Shown piece after piece: positions 36,386 to 45,468 of a stretch of DNA of 64,000 bases. The stretch is from contig DATILL010000020.1 of NCBI GenBank assembly GCA_035476575.1, positions 307 to 64,306 on the forward strand, read 5' to 3'. The notes below the pieces were generated by a model, which saw only the letters and a list, made by a program, of their open reading frames with translations, ran no database searches and was not told where the DNA came from. Both the position numbers and the translations under genes were made by a program. Source of the DNA: Mycobacteriales bacterium. Its GTDB lineage: Bacteria > Actinomycetota > Actinomycetes > Mycobacteriales > JACQDL01. How positions within the stretch are numbered: position 1 is the first letter of the stretch; each line of letters begins with the position of its first letter.

Positions 36386-39190
36386 GTGTCAGAGGAGAGC
36401 GTTGGGCCTCGGGTTGTCGAGGCATTCGGTGTGTTGTGGGGAAAGTCGAATGCTGGCGGCAGGATGAACCTGCTGCTGCAGCATCTGTTGGATACGGCGG
36501 CGGTCGCGGAGCTGACCTGGGATCATTATCTGGCGCCGACGGTGCGGGCGAAAGTTGACGCCTGCTGTGGAGGCAAGGGACGGTCGCTGCTGGCTTTGCT
36601 GTGCGGTGTGCATGATGTCGGCAAGGCGTCGCCGGCGTTCCAGATGAAGGAGCCGGAGCTGGCGGAGCGGGTGAGAGACGTCGGCCTGGACTTGCCAGCG
36701 CTGGACGGTCGCGGCCGTCGGTGGCATCACTCGTCGGCGGGCGCGGTGGTCGTGCAGCGTGCGCTGCTTGGGGCTGGGTGGGATTTTGATGCCTGCGAAT
36801 GGGTATGGCCGCTGGTGGCCGGCCATCACGGCGTCATCCTGGGTGGGGAAATTGTGTACCGGGACGGTTGGCTGCGGAGCCGGGACAAGGCGCAGGGGCG
36901 GGGTGCGTGGGAGCCGGTGCAAGACGCACTGGTACGGCGGGTAGCGGCCGAGCTCGGCATCGACCTCGCAGCGTTGGTACCGAGCCCGCCGCGACGGGCA
37001 GTGCAGCTCGCGGTGTCCGGGCTGGTGATCATGGCGGACTGGATCGCCAGCGATGAAAGGCATTTCACCGGCGTGTGCGAGCTGGACCAGGTGTCGATGG
37101 CGGAGGCGCGGCACCGGGCGGCGATGGCGTGGGAGAGGCTGCAGCTTGGTGGAGGCTGGGATCCGGGCCGGCTGCCCGTGCACGACGATCCGGTGGCGGC
37201 CAGGTTCCCGGTGCCCGCGGCGCGGCGCTCGCAGGCGGCGGTGGTCGTGTTGGCGGAGTCGATGCCCGCGCCGGGGCTGCTGATCGTGGAAGCGCCGATG
37301 GGCGAGGGGAAGACGGAGGCGGCGCTGGCTGCCGCGGAGGTGTTCGCGCGACGGTTCGGCGCCGACGGGGTGTTCGTGGGAATGCCGACGCAGGCGACCA
37401 GTGACCCGATGTTCACCCGGGTCGGCGACTGGGCCAGGTCAATCGAGCCGGATCTGCAGATCGGGCTGTTACATGGCAAGCGCCGGTTCAACAAGGAGTG
37501 GCGCGAGCTGGAGAAGCAGGTCCGGTTCCGCGGAGTGGACGACTACGGCTGCGACGACGATCCGCTCCTGGGCGGTTCCGCCGGGCCGGCGAAGCGGGTG
37601 GGGGAGTTTCCGGCGGAGTGGTTCCTGGGGCCGAAACGCGGCCTGCTGACCCCGATCACGGTCGGCACGGTCGACCAGTTGCTGCACGCGGCGACCCGGA
37701 CCAGGCACGTGATGTTGCGTCATGCCGGTCTGGCCGGCCGGGTCGTGGTCGTGGATGAGGTGCACGCCTACGACATATATATGGCGCAGTTCCTGTTTGA
37801 GGCGCTGCGCTGGCTCGGCGACGCGGGCGTGCCGGTGATCCTGCTGTCGGCGACGTTACCGCCGGAGCTGCGGTCGAGCCTGGTCGGCGCCTACCTGCAG
37901 GGTGCGGCCAGGGATCCCGCGGTCGGGGTCGCCGGGCTGCCGGCTCCGGATGGCTACCCGAGCGCGCTGTCGGCGTGCGTCGTGGACGGGGCGCCGCGGT
38001 ACGCCGTGCGGTCGGCTGACCCGTGGCGGCCGTCGGTCCCGGTCCGGGTCGAGGTGCTCCAGGAGGCGCCGGCCGACGGGCCTGAGCGGGTCGTCGACTG
38101 CGTCGTCCGGGCGCTTGCCGGAGGCGGGTGCGCGCTGATCATCCGGAACACGGTCGGGCGGGCGCAACAGACCTACATGGCGCTGCGGGAGGCGTTCGGG
38201 GCGGACACGGTCCTGCTGCACGCCCGGCTGGTGGTGGGGGAGCGGGCGGACCGAGCCGAGCGGGTGCTCCGCATGCTCGGTCGCGACGGCCCACGGCCCG
38301 GCCGGCTGGTCGTCGTCGCCACCCAGCTTGCCGAGCAGTCGTTCGACGTCGACGTCGACCTGCTGGTCACCGACCTGGCGCCGATTGACCTGCTGCTGCA
38401 GCGCATTGGGCGGCTGCACCGGCACAACCGGCCTGACCGCCCGGAGGGGGTGCGGTCACCACGGGTTGTCGTCGCCGGCATGGCCAGCCATGGGGACGGC
38501 CCTCCGACATTCCCCGCAGGTAGCCGGATCGTGTACGGCGCCCACCAGTTGCTGCGGACCGCCGCGCTCGTCATCGAGGCCGCCGACAGGAGCGGTTGGA
38601 GCGTGCCCGCCGAGGTGCCTGACCTGGTCGGCCGTGGCTACGGGACTGAGCCGCTGGTGCCCGAGTCCTGGTCCGAGGCGGCCGGCCGGGCACGGGAGGA
38701 GCTGCGGAAGGCGCAGGACACGCGGCGGGCCAACGCCGAGGCATTCCTGCTCGCCGGTCCGGGCGGGGTCCGAGCCGCGACGCTGGTAGACCTGCACCGA
38801 CAGCACGCGGCGGATATGCCCGACGACGACAAGGTCGCCGCCGTCGTACGTGACGGCGATCCGTCGGTCGAGGTGATCCTGGTACGGCGTGACAGCCGCG
38901 GCTACCGCACCCTCGGTGGACGGTCGATCGGCGTCGACGGCGCGGCGGTCAGCGACGAAGCCGTCCTGGACGACGTGGTCCAGTCGACCGTCCGGCTCCC
39001 GCCCGCAGCCGAGCTAACCAAGGCCGCACTGGACGAACTGCGGCCGCTGCCGGGCTGGACCGCTGACCCGTGGCTCAAACGCGCCCGCGCCTTGGAGCTC
39101 GACGAGTCGATGTCGGCCCGCCTCGGCGGCCACGCCCTCACCTACGACACCGAGCTCGGCCTGATCGACACCCGCGAGGCGACACGATGA
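36386..39190 (+). CDS. cas3: Cas3 HD nuclease/helicase, type I-E
   Basis: LWGKS...HLLDTAAVA, HDVGKASPAFQ (HD), APMGEGKTEAAL (Walker A), VVVDEVHAYD (DEAH-like). Start uncertain: GTG 36386 is preferred, and the ORF opens at 36293. Confidence 0.9.
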   Translation: MSEESVGPRVVEAFGVLWGKSNAGGRMNLLLQHLLDTAAVAELTWDHYLAPTVRAKVDACCGGKGRSLLALLCGVHDVGKASPAFQMKEPELAERVRDVGLDLPALDGRGRRWHHSSAGAVVVQRALLGAGWDFDACEWVWPLVAGHHGVILGGEIVYRDGWLRSRDKAQGRGAWEPVQDALVRRVAAELGIDLAALVPSPPRRAVQLAVSGLVIMADWIASDERHFTGVCELDQVSMAEARHRAAMAWERLQLGGGWDPGRLPVHDDPVAARFPVPAARRSQAAVVVLAESMPAPGLLIVEAPMGEGKTEAALAAAEVFARRFGADGVFVGMPTQATSDPMFTRVGDWARSIEPDLQIGLLHGKRRFNKEWRELEKQVRFRGVDDYGCDDDPLLGGSAGPAKRVGEFPAEWFLGPKRGLLTPITVGTVDQLLHAATRTRHVMLRHAGLAGRVVVVDEVHAYDIYMAQFLFEALRWLGDAGVPVILLSATLPPELRSSLVGAYLQGAARDPAVGVAGLPAPDGYPSALSACVVDGAPRYAVRSADPWRPSVPVRVEVLQEAPADGPERVVDCVVRALAGGGCALIIRNTVGRAQQTYMALREAFGADTVLLHARLVVGERADRAERVLRMLGRDGPRPGRLVVVATQLAEQSFDVDVDLLVTDLAPIDLLLQRIGRLHRHNRPDRPEGVRSPRVVVAGMASHGDGPPTFPAGSRIVYGAHQLLRTAALVIEAADRSGWSVPAEVPDLVGRGYGTEPLVPESWSEAAGRAREELRKAQDTRRANAEAFLLAGPGGVRAATLVDLHRQHAADMPDDDKVAAVVRDGDPSVEVILVRRDSRGYRTLGGRSIGVDGAAVSDEAVLDDVVQSTVRLPPAAELTKAALDELRPLPGWTADPWLKRARALELDESMSARLGGHALTYDTELGLIDTREATR

Positions 39191-40824
39191 CGACCTTTCC
39201 TTTGCTGGAGCAGCCGTGGGTTCCTGTGATGAAGGGGGGTCTGCGGTGTGAGGTGTCGTTGCGGGAGGCGCTGTCGCGGGCACGCGAGATAGCCGAGCTG
39301 GCGGTGGATGATCCGCTGCAGGCGGTGGCGGTGCTGCGGCAGGTGCTGCTTCCAGTAGTGCTGGATGCCTTCGGTATGCCGGCGGACGGCAGGGAGTGGG
39401 CCGAGCGGTGGGCGGCAGGTTCGTTCGATGCCGGGGCGCTGTCGTCCTACTTCGCCGAGCACGCCGAACGGTTCGACCTGTTTGACTCGGTGCGACCGTT
39501 CGGGCAGGTGGCCGGGCTGCGGACGGAGCGGGACGAGACCAAGCCGGTGTCGCTTCTGCTGGCCGCGACCGCGACCGGAAACAACGTGCCGTTGTTCACG
39601 CCGCGGACAGAGAGCGACCCACCGGCATTGTCGCCGGCCGAGGCGGCGCGGGCGTTGCTGGCAGCGCAGTGCTGGGACACCGCAGCGATCAAGTCGGGTG
39701 CGGTGGACGACCCGCGGATGAAGGCGGGCAAGACGACCGGAAACCCGACTGGGCCGCTCGGGCAGCTCGGTGTCATCGTCCCGTTCGGGCGGACGCTGTT
39801 CGAGACGCTGATGTTGAACACGCCGATCCTCGCTGACGGCGTGGGCGGGGAAGACCGGCCGCAGTGGCGGGCGGAGCCGGCGACGGCCGAGTGGGAGCCG
39901 CGTCCGGCCAAGGGCCTGCTCGACCTGCTTACCTGGCAGTCCCGGCGGATCCGGCTCGTGCCGGAGTTCGACAGGACCGGCGCGGTGGTGGTCCGGCGGG
40001 TGGTGGTGGCCGCGGGTGATCGGCTCGACCCGCTGCCGATGTATGAGCCGCACACCGCGTGGCGGCGGAACCCGAACCCGCGAGCCGGGCAGGGTCCGGT
40101 CTGGCCGGTGCGGCACCAGCCGGGGCGGGCGGCGTGGCGTGGCCTGGCCTCGATGCTGGCGTCCGGGCCGACGACGGCGACCGCCATCAGCACGAGCCGG
40201 CTGCTCGCGCAGTTGCCGGACCTATGCAGGAGCGGTCGGTTGCCGAAGGACCTGCGGTTGCAGGTGCTCACCGTCGGGGTGGAGTACGGCAACCGGTTCG
40301 CCGTGGTCGAGGACGTCATGGTGGACCTCATCCCACTGCCGGTGCTGGCGCTCACTGACAGCGATGTCCGCAAGTTCCTGTTGGACGTCGTCGGCCAGGC
40401 CGACGAGCTGCGGGACGCGGCGAACCGGCTGGGCGACGACCTGCGCCGGGCCGCCGGCGGGGAGAAGCTGCCGTGGGACCGCAGCCAGCGGCTCGGCGAC
40501 GCGCTGGTCCACCAGTTCACCCCGGTGGTACGGCGGATGCTCGCCGGTCTGCAAGACAAGCCGCATCTGGTCGACGACGCCGAGGCGGCGTGGCGGCAGA
40601 CCGCGGCGCGGCTGGCACTGGAGGCAGCCGAGCCGGCGCTGGCCGCCGCGCCGCCCGAGGCGTTCCTCGGCCGCGAGCTGACCGAGGCGTTCCTCGGCCG
40701 CGAGCTGACCGAGAAGGTGGCGTTCCGGCTCAGCGTCGCTGAGTGGATCTACACGAGGTCGGTCAACAAGATTCTCGGCATCAACCAACACGAGCACCCT
40801 CGGCAGGAGCCCGACCATGAGTGA
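39187..40824 (+). CDS. cas8e: Cas8e/Cse1 (CasA), Cascade large subunit
   Basis: ATGA overlap with cas3. N-terminus FPLLEQPWVPV is typical of Cse1. Its position in the canonical I-E order fits. Confidence 0.8.
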   Translation: MTTFPLLEQPWVPVMKGGLRCEVSLREALSRAREIAELAVDDPLQAVAVLRQVLLPVVLDAFGMPADGREWAERWAAGSFDAGALSSYFAEHAERFDLFDSVRPFGQVAGLRTERDETKPVSLLLAATATGNNVPLFTPRTESDPPALSPAEAARALLAAQCWDTAAIKSGAVDDPRMKAGKTTGNPTGPLGQLGVIVPFGRTLFETLMLNTPILADGVGGEDRPQWRAEPATAEWEPRPAKGLLDLLTWQSRRIRLVPEFDRTGAVVVRRVVVAAGDRLDPLPMYEPHTAWRRNPNPRAGQGPVWPVRHQPGRAAWRGLASMLASGPTTATAISTSRLLAQLPDLCRSGRLPKDLRLQVLTVGVEYGNRFAVVEDVMVDLIPLPVLALTDSDVRKFLLDVVGQADELRDAANRLGDDLRRAAGGEKLPWDRSQRLGDALVHQFTPVVRRMLAGLQDKPHLVDDAEAAWRQTAARLALEAAEPALAAAPPEAFLGRELTEAFLGRELTEKVAFRLSVAEWIYTRSVNKILGINQHEHPRQEPDHE

Positions 40825-41431
40825 CCCCGCACCTCACATACTGCAGTACTGGCGGCGACACACCGACGGCCAGGGCGCGTGGAAGCGCCCCGACGACGGT
40901 CCGCCGGGCGAAGACCTGGCCGCGCTGCGGCGGGGGATTGGCCGGCAGCCGGGCGACGTGCCGGAGATGTGGCGCTTCTACACCCGCCTGTCCGAGGACG
41001 GTGAGCCGACCGCCGACCTGTACGCCGAGCACGCCGCGTTGACGCTGTTCGCGGTTCACCAGCAGTCCAAGGCGAGGCCGATGCATCGCGGCGGTGTGGG
41101 TGTTGGCCGGGCTGTCTTCGAGCTCAGGCGCAGTACCGCCTTCAGCCCGGAGACCGTCGACCGGCGGTTCGCGGCCGCGGCCACCGCCACCTCGCTGCCG
41201 GAGGTCGTCACCCACCTGCGCGGTCTGGTCACGCAACTGCGCGGGATCGACCAGGTTCTCGACTACACCCGCCTCTACCTCGACCTGCGGGGCTGGCAGG
41301 ACCCGGAGCAGCGGAGCCGGGTGCGACGCCACTGGGGGTCGCAGTACTTCATCCGGGTCGGCCGGGCCGCCGAAGAGCCCGGACAGGCCGGGCAGGCCGG
41401 GACGGACCCCGCGGTGGCCGTCTCCGCCTGA
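40817..41431 (+). CDS. cse2: Cse2 (CasB), Cascade small subunit
   Basis: 204 aa between cas8e and cas7. Overlaps cas8e by 8 nt. Arg-rich helical protein consistent with Cse2. Confidence 0.75.
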   Translation: MSDPAPHILQYWRRHTDGQGAWKRPDDGPPGEDLAALRRGIGRQPGDVPEMWRFYTRLSEDGEPTADLYAEHAALTLFAVHQQSKARPMHRGGVGVGRAVFELRRSTAFSPETVDRRFAAAATATSLPEVVTHLRGLVTQLRGIDQVLDYTRLYLDLRGWQDPEQRSRVRRHWGSQYFIRVGRAAEEPGQAGQAGTDPAVAVSA

Positions 41432-41480
41432 ACGCAACCACCGACCATCCACCCGCTACCAGGAGAAACAGGAGCACCCC

Positions 41481-42641
41481 GTGTCCACCCGCACCTACAT
41501 CGACGTGCACGTGCTACAGACCGTTCCGCCCTCGAACCTCAACCGCGACGACGCGGGCAGCCCGAAACAGGCTGTGTACGGCGGCGCCCGCCGTGCCCGG
41601 GTCTCCTCCCAGGCGTGGAAACGCGCCACCCGGAAGGCGTTCGCCGACCAGGTCCCGGAGGAGGAGCTGGCCACCCGCACCAAGAAGATCCTCGGAATGG
41701 TCATCGACCGGCTCGTCGCTCGTACTGGCGTTGGTTCGGAGCAGGCGGCCCGGATCGCGACGAGCCTGCTGGCGCGGCTCGATATCAAGCCCGGCAAGAA
41801 GAGGCCGGACGAGACGGCGTACCTGCTGTTCTTCGGTCGGCCGCAGTTGGAGCACATCGTCGCCCTCGTCGCCGACCGGGCGGCCGAGCTGGCCGGCATG
41901 AGCGACGAGGACCTGGCGGAGGCCGTGAAGAACCTGCCGGTCCGCGAGCAGCTCGGCACCGGACACCCGATCGACGTGGCCCTGTTCGGGCGGATGGTCG
42001 CCGACATCCCGGGCCTGAACGTGGACGCCGCCACGCAGGTCGCGCACGCGCTGTCCACCCATGCTGTCGAGATCGAGTTCGACTACTACACCGCGGTCGA
42101 TGACGAGAACCCGGACGAGGAGACCGGCGCGGGAATGATCGGCACGGTGGAGTTCAACTCCGCCACGCTGTACCGGTTCGCCACCGTCGGCCTGCACCAA
42201 CTGGTCGACAACCTCGGCGGCGATGCCGAGGCTACGGCGACCGCTTTGGAGGTGTTCCTGACCGCGTTCGTGAAGTCAATGCCGACCGGTCACCAGAACT
42301 CCTTCGCGCACCGCACCCCGCCGTACCTGGTGAGCGTCGTCATCCGGGAGGACCAGCCGGTCAACCTCGTCTCGGCGTTCGAGTCTCCGGTGCGTCCCAA
42401 CGGTGACGGGATCGCCGCCCTCTCCGCCGCCCGGCTGGTGGCCGAGCTCCGCCGGACTGGCGAGCTGTGGGACCTCGCCCCACTCCAGGTCGCCTCCGCC
42501 TACACCCTGCCCGACCGGGACGCCGACACCGCGCGGGAGGTGCTCGGCGAGCCGATGCCGCTGGCCGACGTCGTCGCCGCCACCGTACGGACGGCGCGGC
42601 AGCGGCTGACCGGCGCCGCGCCGGCCGAGGTGCCGGCATGA
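41481..42641 (+). CDS. cas7: Cas7e (CasC/Cse4), Cascade backbone
   Basis: GTG start after AGGAG. YIDVHVLQTVPPSNLNRDDAGSPK is the hallmark Cas7e N-terminus. Confidence 0.9.
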   Translation: MSTRTYIDVHVLQTVPPSNLNRDDAGSPKQAVYGGARRARVSSQAWKRATRKAFADQVPEEELATRTKKILGMVIDRLVARTGVGSEQAARIATSLLARLDIKPGKKRPDETAYLLFFGRPQLEHIVALVADRAAELAGMSDEDLAEAVKNLPVREQLGTGHPIDVALFGRMVADIPGLNVDAATQVAHALSTHAVEIEFDYYTAVDDENPDEETGAGMIGTVEFNSATLYRFATVGLHQLVDNLGGDAEATATALEVFLTAFVKSMPTGHQNSFAHRTPPYLVSVVIREDQPVNLVSAFESPVRPNGDGIAALSAARLVAELRRTGELWDLAPLQVASAYTLPDRDADTAREVLGEPMPLADVVAATVRTARQRLTGAAPAEVPA

Positions 42642-43441
42642 CCGAAACCGCCCACAGCCTGGTGCTGCGGCTCGCCGGGCCGATGCAGTCATGGGGCTCA
42701 CACAGCCAGTTCAACCGTCGCGAGACAGGCGGCGAGCCGACCAAGAGCGGCATCACCGGCCTGCTCGCGGCCGCGCTCGGGCGTCGCCGCGAAGATCCGA
42801 TCGAAGACTTGCTGCGGCTCAACCTCGGCGTCCGCACCGACCAGCCCGGGTCCCTGCTGCGTGACTACCACACGGTCAGCGACTACCGCGACCGGCCGCT
42901 GCTGTCCGCGAAGGTCTCCGCCAAGGGACTGCAGACGCCGACATCGCCGGCGAAGTACACCCACGTCACCGAGCGGTTCTACCTGCAGGACGCCGTGTTC
43001 GTCGCGGCCGTCAGCGGGCCGGTCGATGTGTTGACCGCGCTCGCCGACGCGGTGCGGCACCCGGCGTTCCCGCTCGCGCTCGGCCGCCGCGCGTGCGTCC
43101 CCACCCAGCCGCTGCTGCTGCGCTCCGAAGGCGACGCCGAGACGCCCTACCTGTGGCGCGGCGAGCCCTTCGCAGTGCTGAAGCAGGTGCCATGGCAGGT
43201 GAGCAAGGCCCAGGCCCGGGCACTCGGCCGCCAGGCCATGCCCTCGGAGGTCGACCTCCCGGTCACGGTCGACGACCTCGCCGGCAACGACTCCCGGATC
43301 GACGTTCCGACGTCGTTTGAGCCGCGGTCACGCGGGTTCACCGCTCGCCCGGTCCGGCAGGACTGGGTGCGGGTGCCCACACCGTTCGAGGGCGGCCAGG
43401 CGCCCGAGTCCCACGACCCCTTCGCACTTCTCGGCTGGTGA
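42638..43441 (+). CDS. cas5: Cas5e (CasD)
   Basis: ATGA overlap. LVLRLAGPMQSWG...PTKSGITGLLAAALG is the hallmark Cas5e N-terminus. Confidence 0.9.
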   Translation: MTETAHSLVLRLAGPMQSWGSHSQFNRRETGGEPTKSGITGLLAAALGRRREDPIEDLLRLNLGVRTDQPGSLLRDYHTVSDYRDRPLLSAKVSAKGLQTPTSPAKYTHVTERFYLQDAVFVAAVSGPVDVLTALADAVRHPAFPLALGRRACVPTQPLLLRSEGDAETPYLWRGEPFAVLKQVPWQVSKAQARALGRQAMPSEVDLPVTVDDLAGNDSRIDVPTSFEPRSRGFTARPVRQDWVRVPTPFEGGQAPESHDPFALLGW

Positions 43442-43445
43442 CCCG

Positions 43446-44177
43446 ATGCCCTACCTGTCCCGGATCTGGATCAACCCGCTGCGCCGCAACGCCCAACGGA
43501 TGCTCGGCAACCCGCAGGTCCTGCACGCCGCGATCCTGGGCGGCATCGCCCGCCAGCCCGTCACCGAACGGGTGCTGTGGCGGCTGGAACGCGACACTCC
43601 CCACCGCGCCGGCGTGCTCGTGCTCACCGACTCCAGCCCGTCCTGGGAGCACCTGGTCGAGCAGGCCGGCTGGCCCAACGCGGACGAGCCGCAGGCGCTG
43701 GTCCGCCGATACGAGCCGCTGCTCGACAAGATCCAGCGCGGCCGCGAGTTCGCGTTCCGGCTCCGGGCCAACCCCACCTCCGCTACCCGCCACCCCGACA
43801 AGCCTTCTGCCGCGCAGCAGCAACGGCTGGCCGACTCGCCCAGAGCCCGTGGCGTGCGGGTCGCCCACCGTACCGCCCAGTATCAACTGGACTGGCTCGC
43901 CAAGGGAGTCCCGAAGTGGGGCTTCGAGCTGCCGTCCACAATGGACGGCAGCGGCGACGTCCTGCTCACTGGCCGGGAACGGATGACCTTCGTCAAGGGC
44001 GACGGCGATGCCGACCGGCGGCGGCGGGTCGTCATCCAGACCGCCACCTTCGAGGGCCGGCTGCGGGTCACCGACCCGGATCTGGCCCGGCACAGCCTGC
44101 TCAACGGCGTCGGCACCGCCCGCGCCTACGGCTGCGGCCTGATCACCCTCGCGCCTCTACACCCTACGGCTGGCTGA
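43446..44177 (+). CDS. cas6: Cas6e (CasE) crRNA endoribonuclease
   Basis: MPYLSRIWINP...HAAI is a typical Cas6e start. 243 aa. Confidence 0.85.
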   Translation: MPYLSRIWINPLRRNAQRMLGNPQVLHAAILGGIARQPVTERVLWRLERDTPHRAGVLVLTDSSPSWEHLVEQAGWPNADEPQALVRRYEPLLDKIQRGREFAFRLRANPTSATRHPDKPSAAQQQRLADSPRARGVRVAHRTAQYQLDWLAKGVPKWGFELPSTMDGSGDVLLTGRERMTFVKGDGDADRRRRVVIQTATFEGRLRVTDPDLARHSLLNGVGTARAYGCGLITLAPLHPTAG

Positions 44178-44179
44178 TC

Positions 44180-45175
44180 ATGTGGTGGCTCGCCAACCCC
44201 CAAGACCTGCACCGCGTCGAGGATCGGCTCTCCACCGTCTACGTCGAGCGCTGCCACGTCGATCGGGACGACAACGCGGTCGTCATGGTCAACCGTGAAC
44301 GCACCGTGCGCGTGCCCGCCGCCATGGTCGCCACCGTCCTGCTCGGCCCCGGAACCCGGATCACCAGCGGCGCCGTCCGGCTGCTGGCCGACTCCGGCAC
44401 CGCCGTCTGCTGGGTCGGTGACCACGGCGTCCGCATGTACGCCACCGGGCTCGGCCCCAGCCGTGGCTCGCAACTGCTCATGAGGCAGGCCTACCTCGTC
44501 ACCAGGACCAAGGAGCGCCTCGCCGTGGCCCGCCGCATGTACGGCATGCGGTTCCCCGAGGAGGAGGACACCGACAACCTGACCATGCAGCAGCTACGCG
44601 GCCGGGAAGGTGCCCGGGTCAAACGCCTGTACCGCGCCCACTCCGAACGCACCGGCGTCTATTGGGCCGCGCGGGAGTACAAGCACGGCGATCCCTTCGT
44701 GGCCGGCGACGACGTCAACCGGCTGCTCTCCGCCGGGCATAGCTGCTTGTACGGCATCTGCCACGCCGCCATCGTCGGCATCGGCGCCAGCCCCGCCCTC
44801 GGCTTCGTCCACACCGGCGGAGCGACGTCGTTCGTCCTCGACATCGCCGACCTGTACAAGGCCGAGTACACCATCCCACTGGCCTTCGACCTGACCGCCC
44901 GCGGGCTCCTTACCGAACGCGACGCCCGTACCGCCTTCCGCGACAAGGTCGCCGACGGAAAGCTGATGGCCCAAATCATCCGCGACATCAAGGACCTGCT
45001 GCTGCCCGACGGCGAACAACCATCCGACGAAGACGGCCTCCACCTGTGGGACGAGACCTACGGCACCGTGCCCGGCGGCGTCAACTGGGCCTCCAATCTG
45101 GCAGAGGATATCGGACCCGACAACCTCATCGGCATCACCGGACCCGAGATCGACGAACCCGAGGTGCCCTGGTGA
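44180..45175 (+). CDS. cas1: Cas1e integrase
   Basis: RLSTVYVERCHVDRDDNAV...LLGPGTRITSGAVRLLADSG...GFVHTG pattern. 331 aa. Confidence 0.9.
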   Translation: MWWLANPQDLHRVEDRLSTVYVERCHVDRDDNAVVMVNRERTVRVPAAMVATVLLGPGTRITSGAVRLLADSGTAVCWVGDHGVRMYATGLGPSRGSQLLMRQAYLVTRTKERLAVARRMYGMRFPEEEDTDNLTMQQLRGREGARVKRLYRAHSERTGVYWAAREYKHGDPFVAGDDVNRLLSAGHSCLYGICHAAIVGIGASPALGFVHTGGATSFVLDIADLYKAEYTIPLAFDLTARGLLTERDARTAFRDKVADGKLMAQIIRDIKDLLLPDGEQPSDEDGLHLWDETYGTVPGGVNWASNLAEDIGPDNLIGITGPEIDEPEVPW

Positions 45176-45450
45176 CCGTCGTCATCCTCATCGCCGCACC
45201 CGAAGGCCTACGAGGCCACCTCACCCGCTGGATGATCGAAGTAGCCGCGGGCGTCTTCGTCGGCAACCCCAGCGCACGCGTCCGCGACCGCCTCTGGCCC
45301 GTCCTCGCAGACCGCATCCGCGACGGTCAAGCCATCATGATCGAACCCGCCCAGAACGAACAACGCTGGTCCGTCCGCACCGCAGGCAAAGATCGCTGGT
45401 ACCCCGTCGACTTCGACGGACTGATACTGTCTGCCCGTCCCCGCCGCTAA
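45172..45450 (+). CDS. cas2: Cas2e
   Basis: GTGA overlap with cas1. 92 aa. VVILIAAPEGLRGHLTRWMIEVAAGVFVG is typical of type I-E Cas2. Confidence 0.85.
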   Translation: MTVVILIAAPEGLRGHLTRWMIEVAAGVFVGNPSARVRDRLWPVLADRIRDGQAIMIEPAQNEQRWSVRTAGKDRWYPVDFDGLILSARPRR

Positions 45451-45468
45451 AACCCCAGGTCAACAAGT

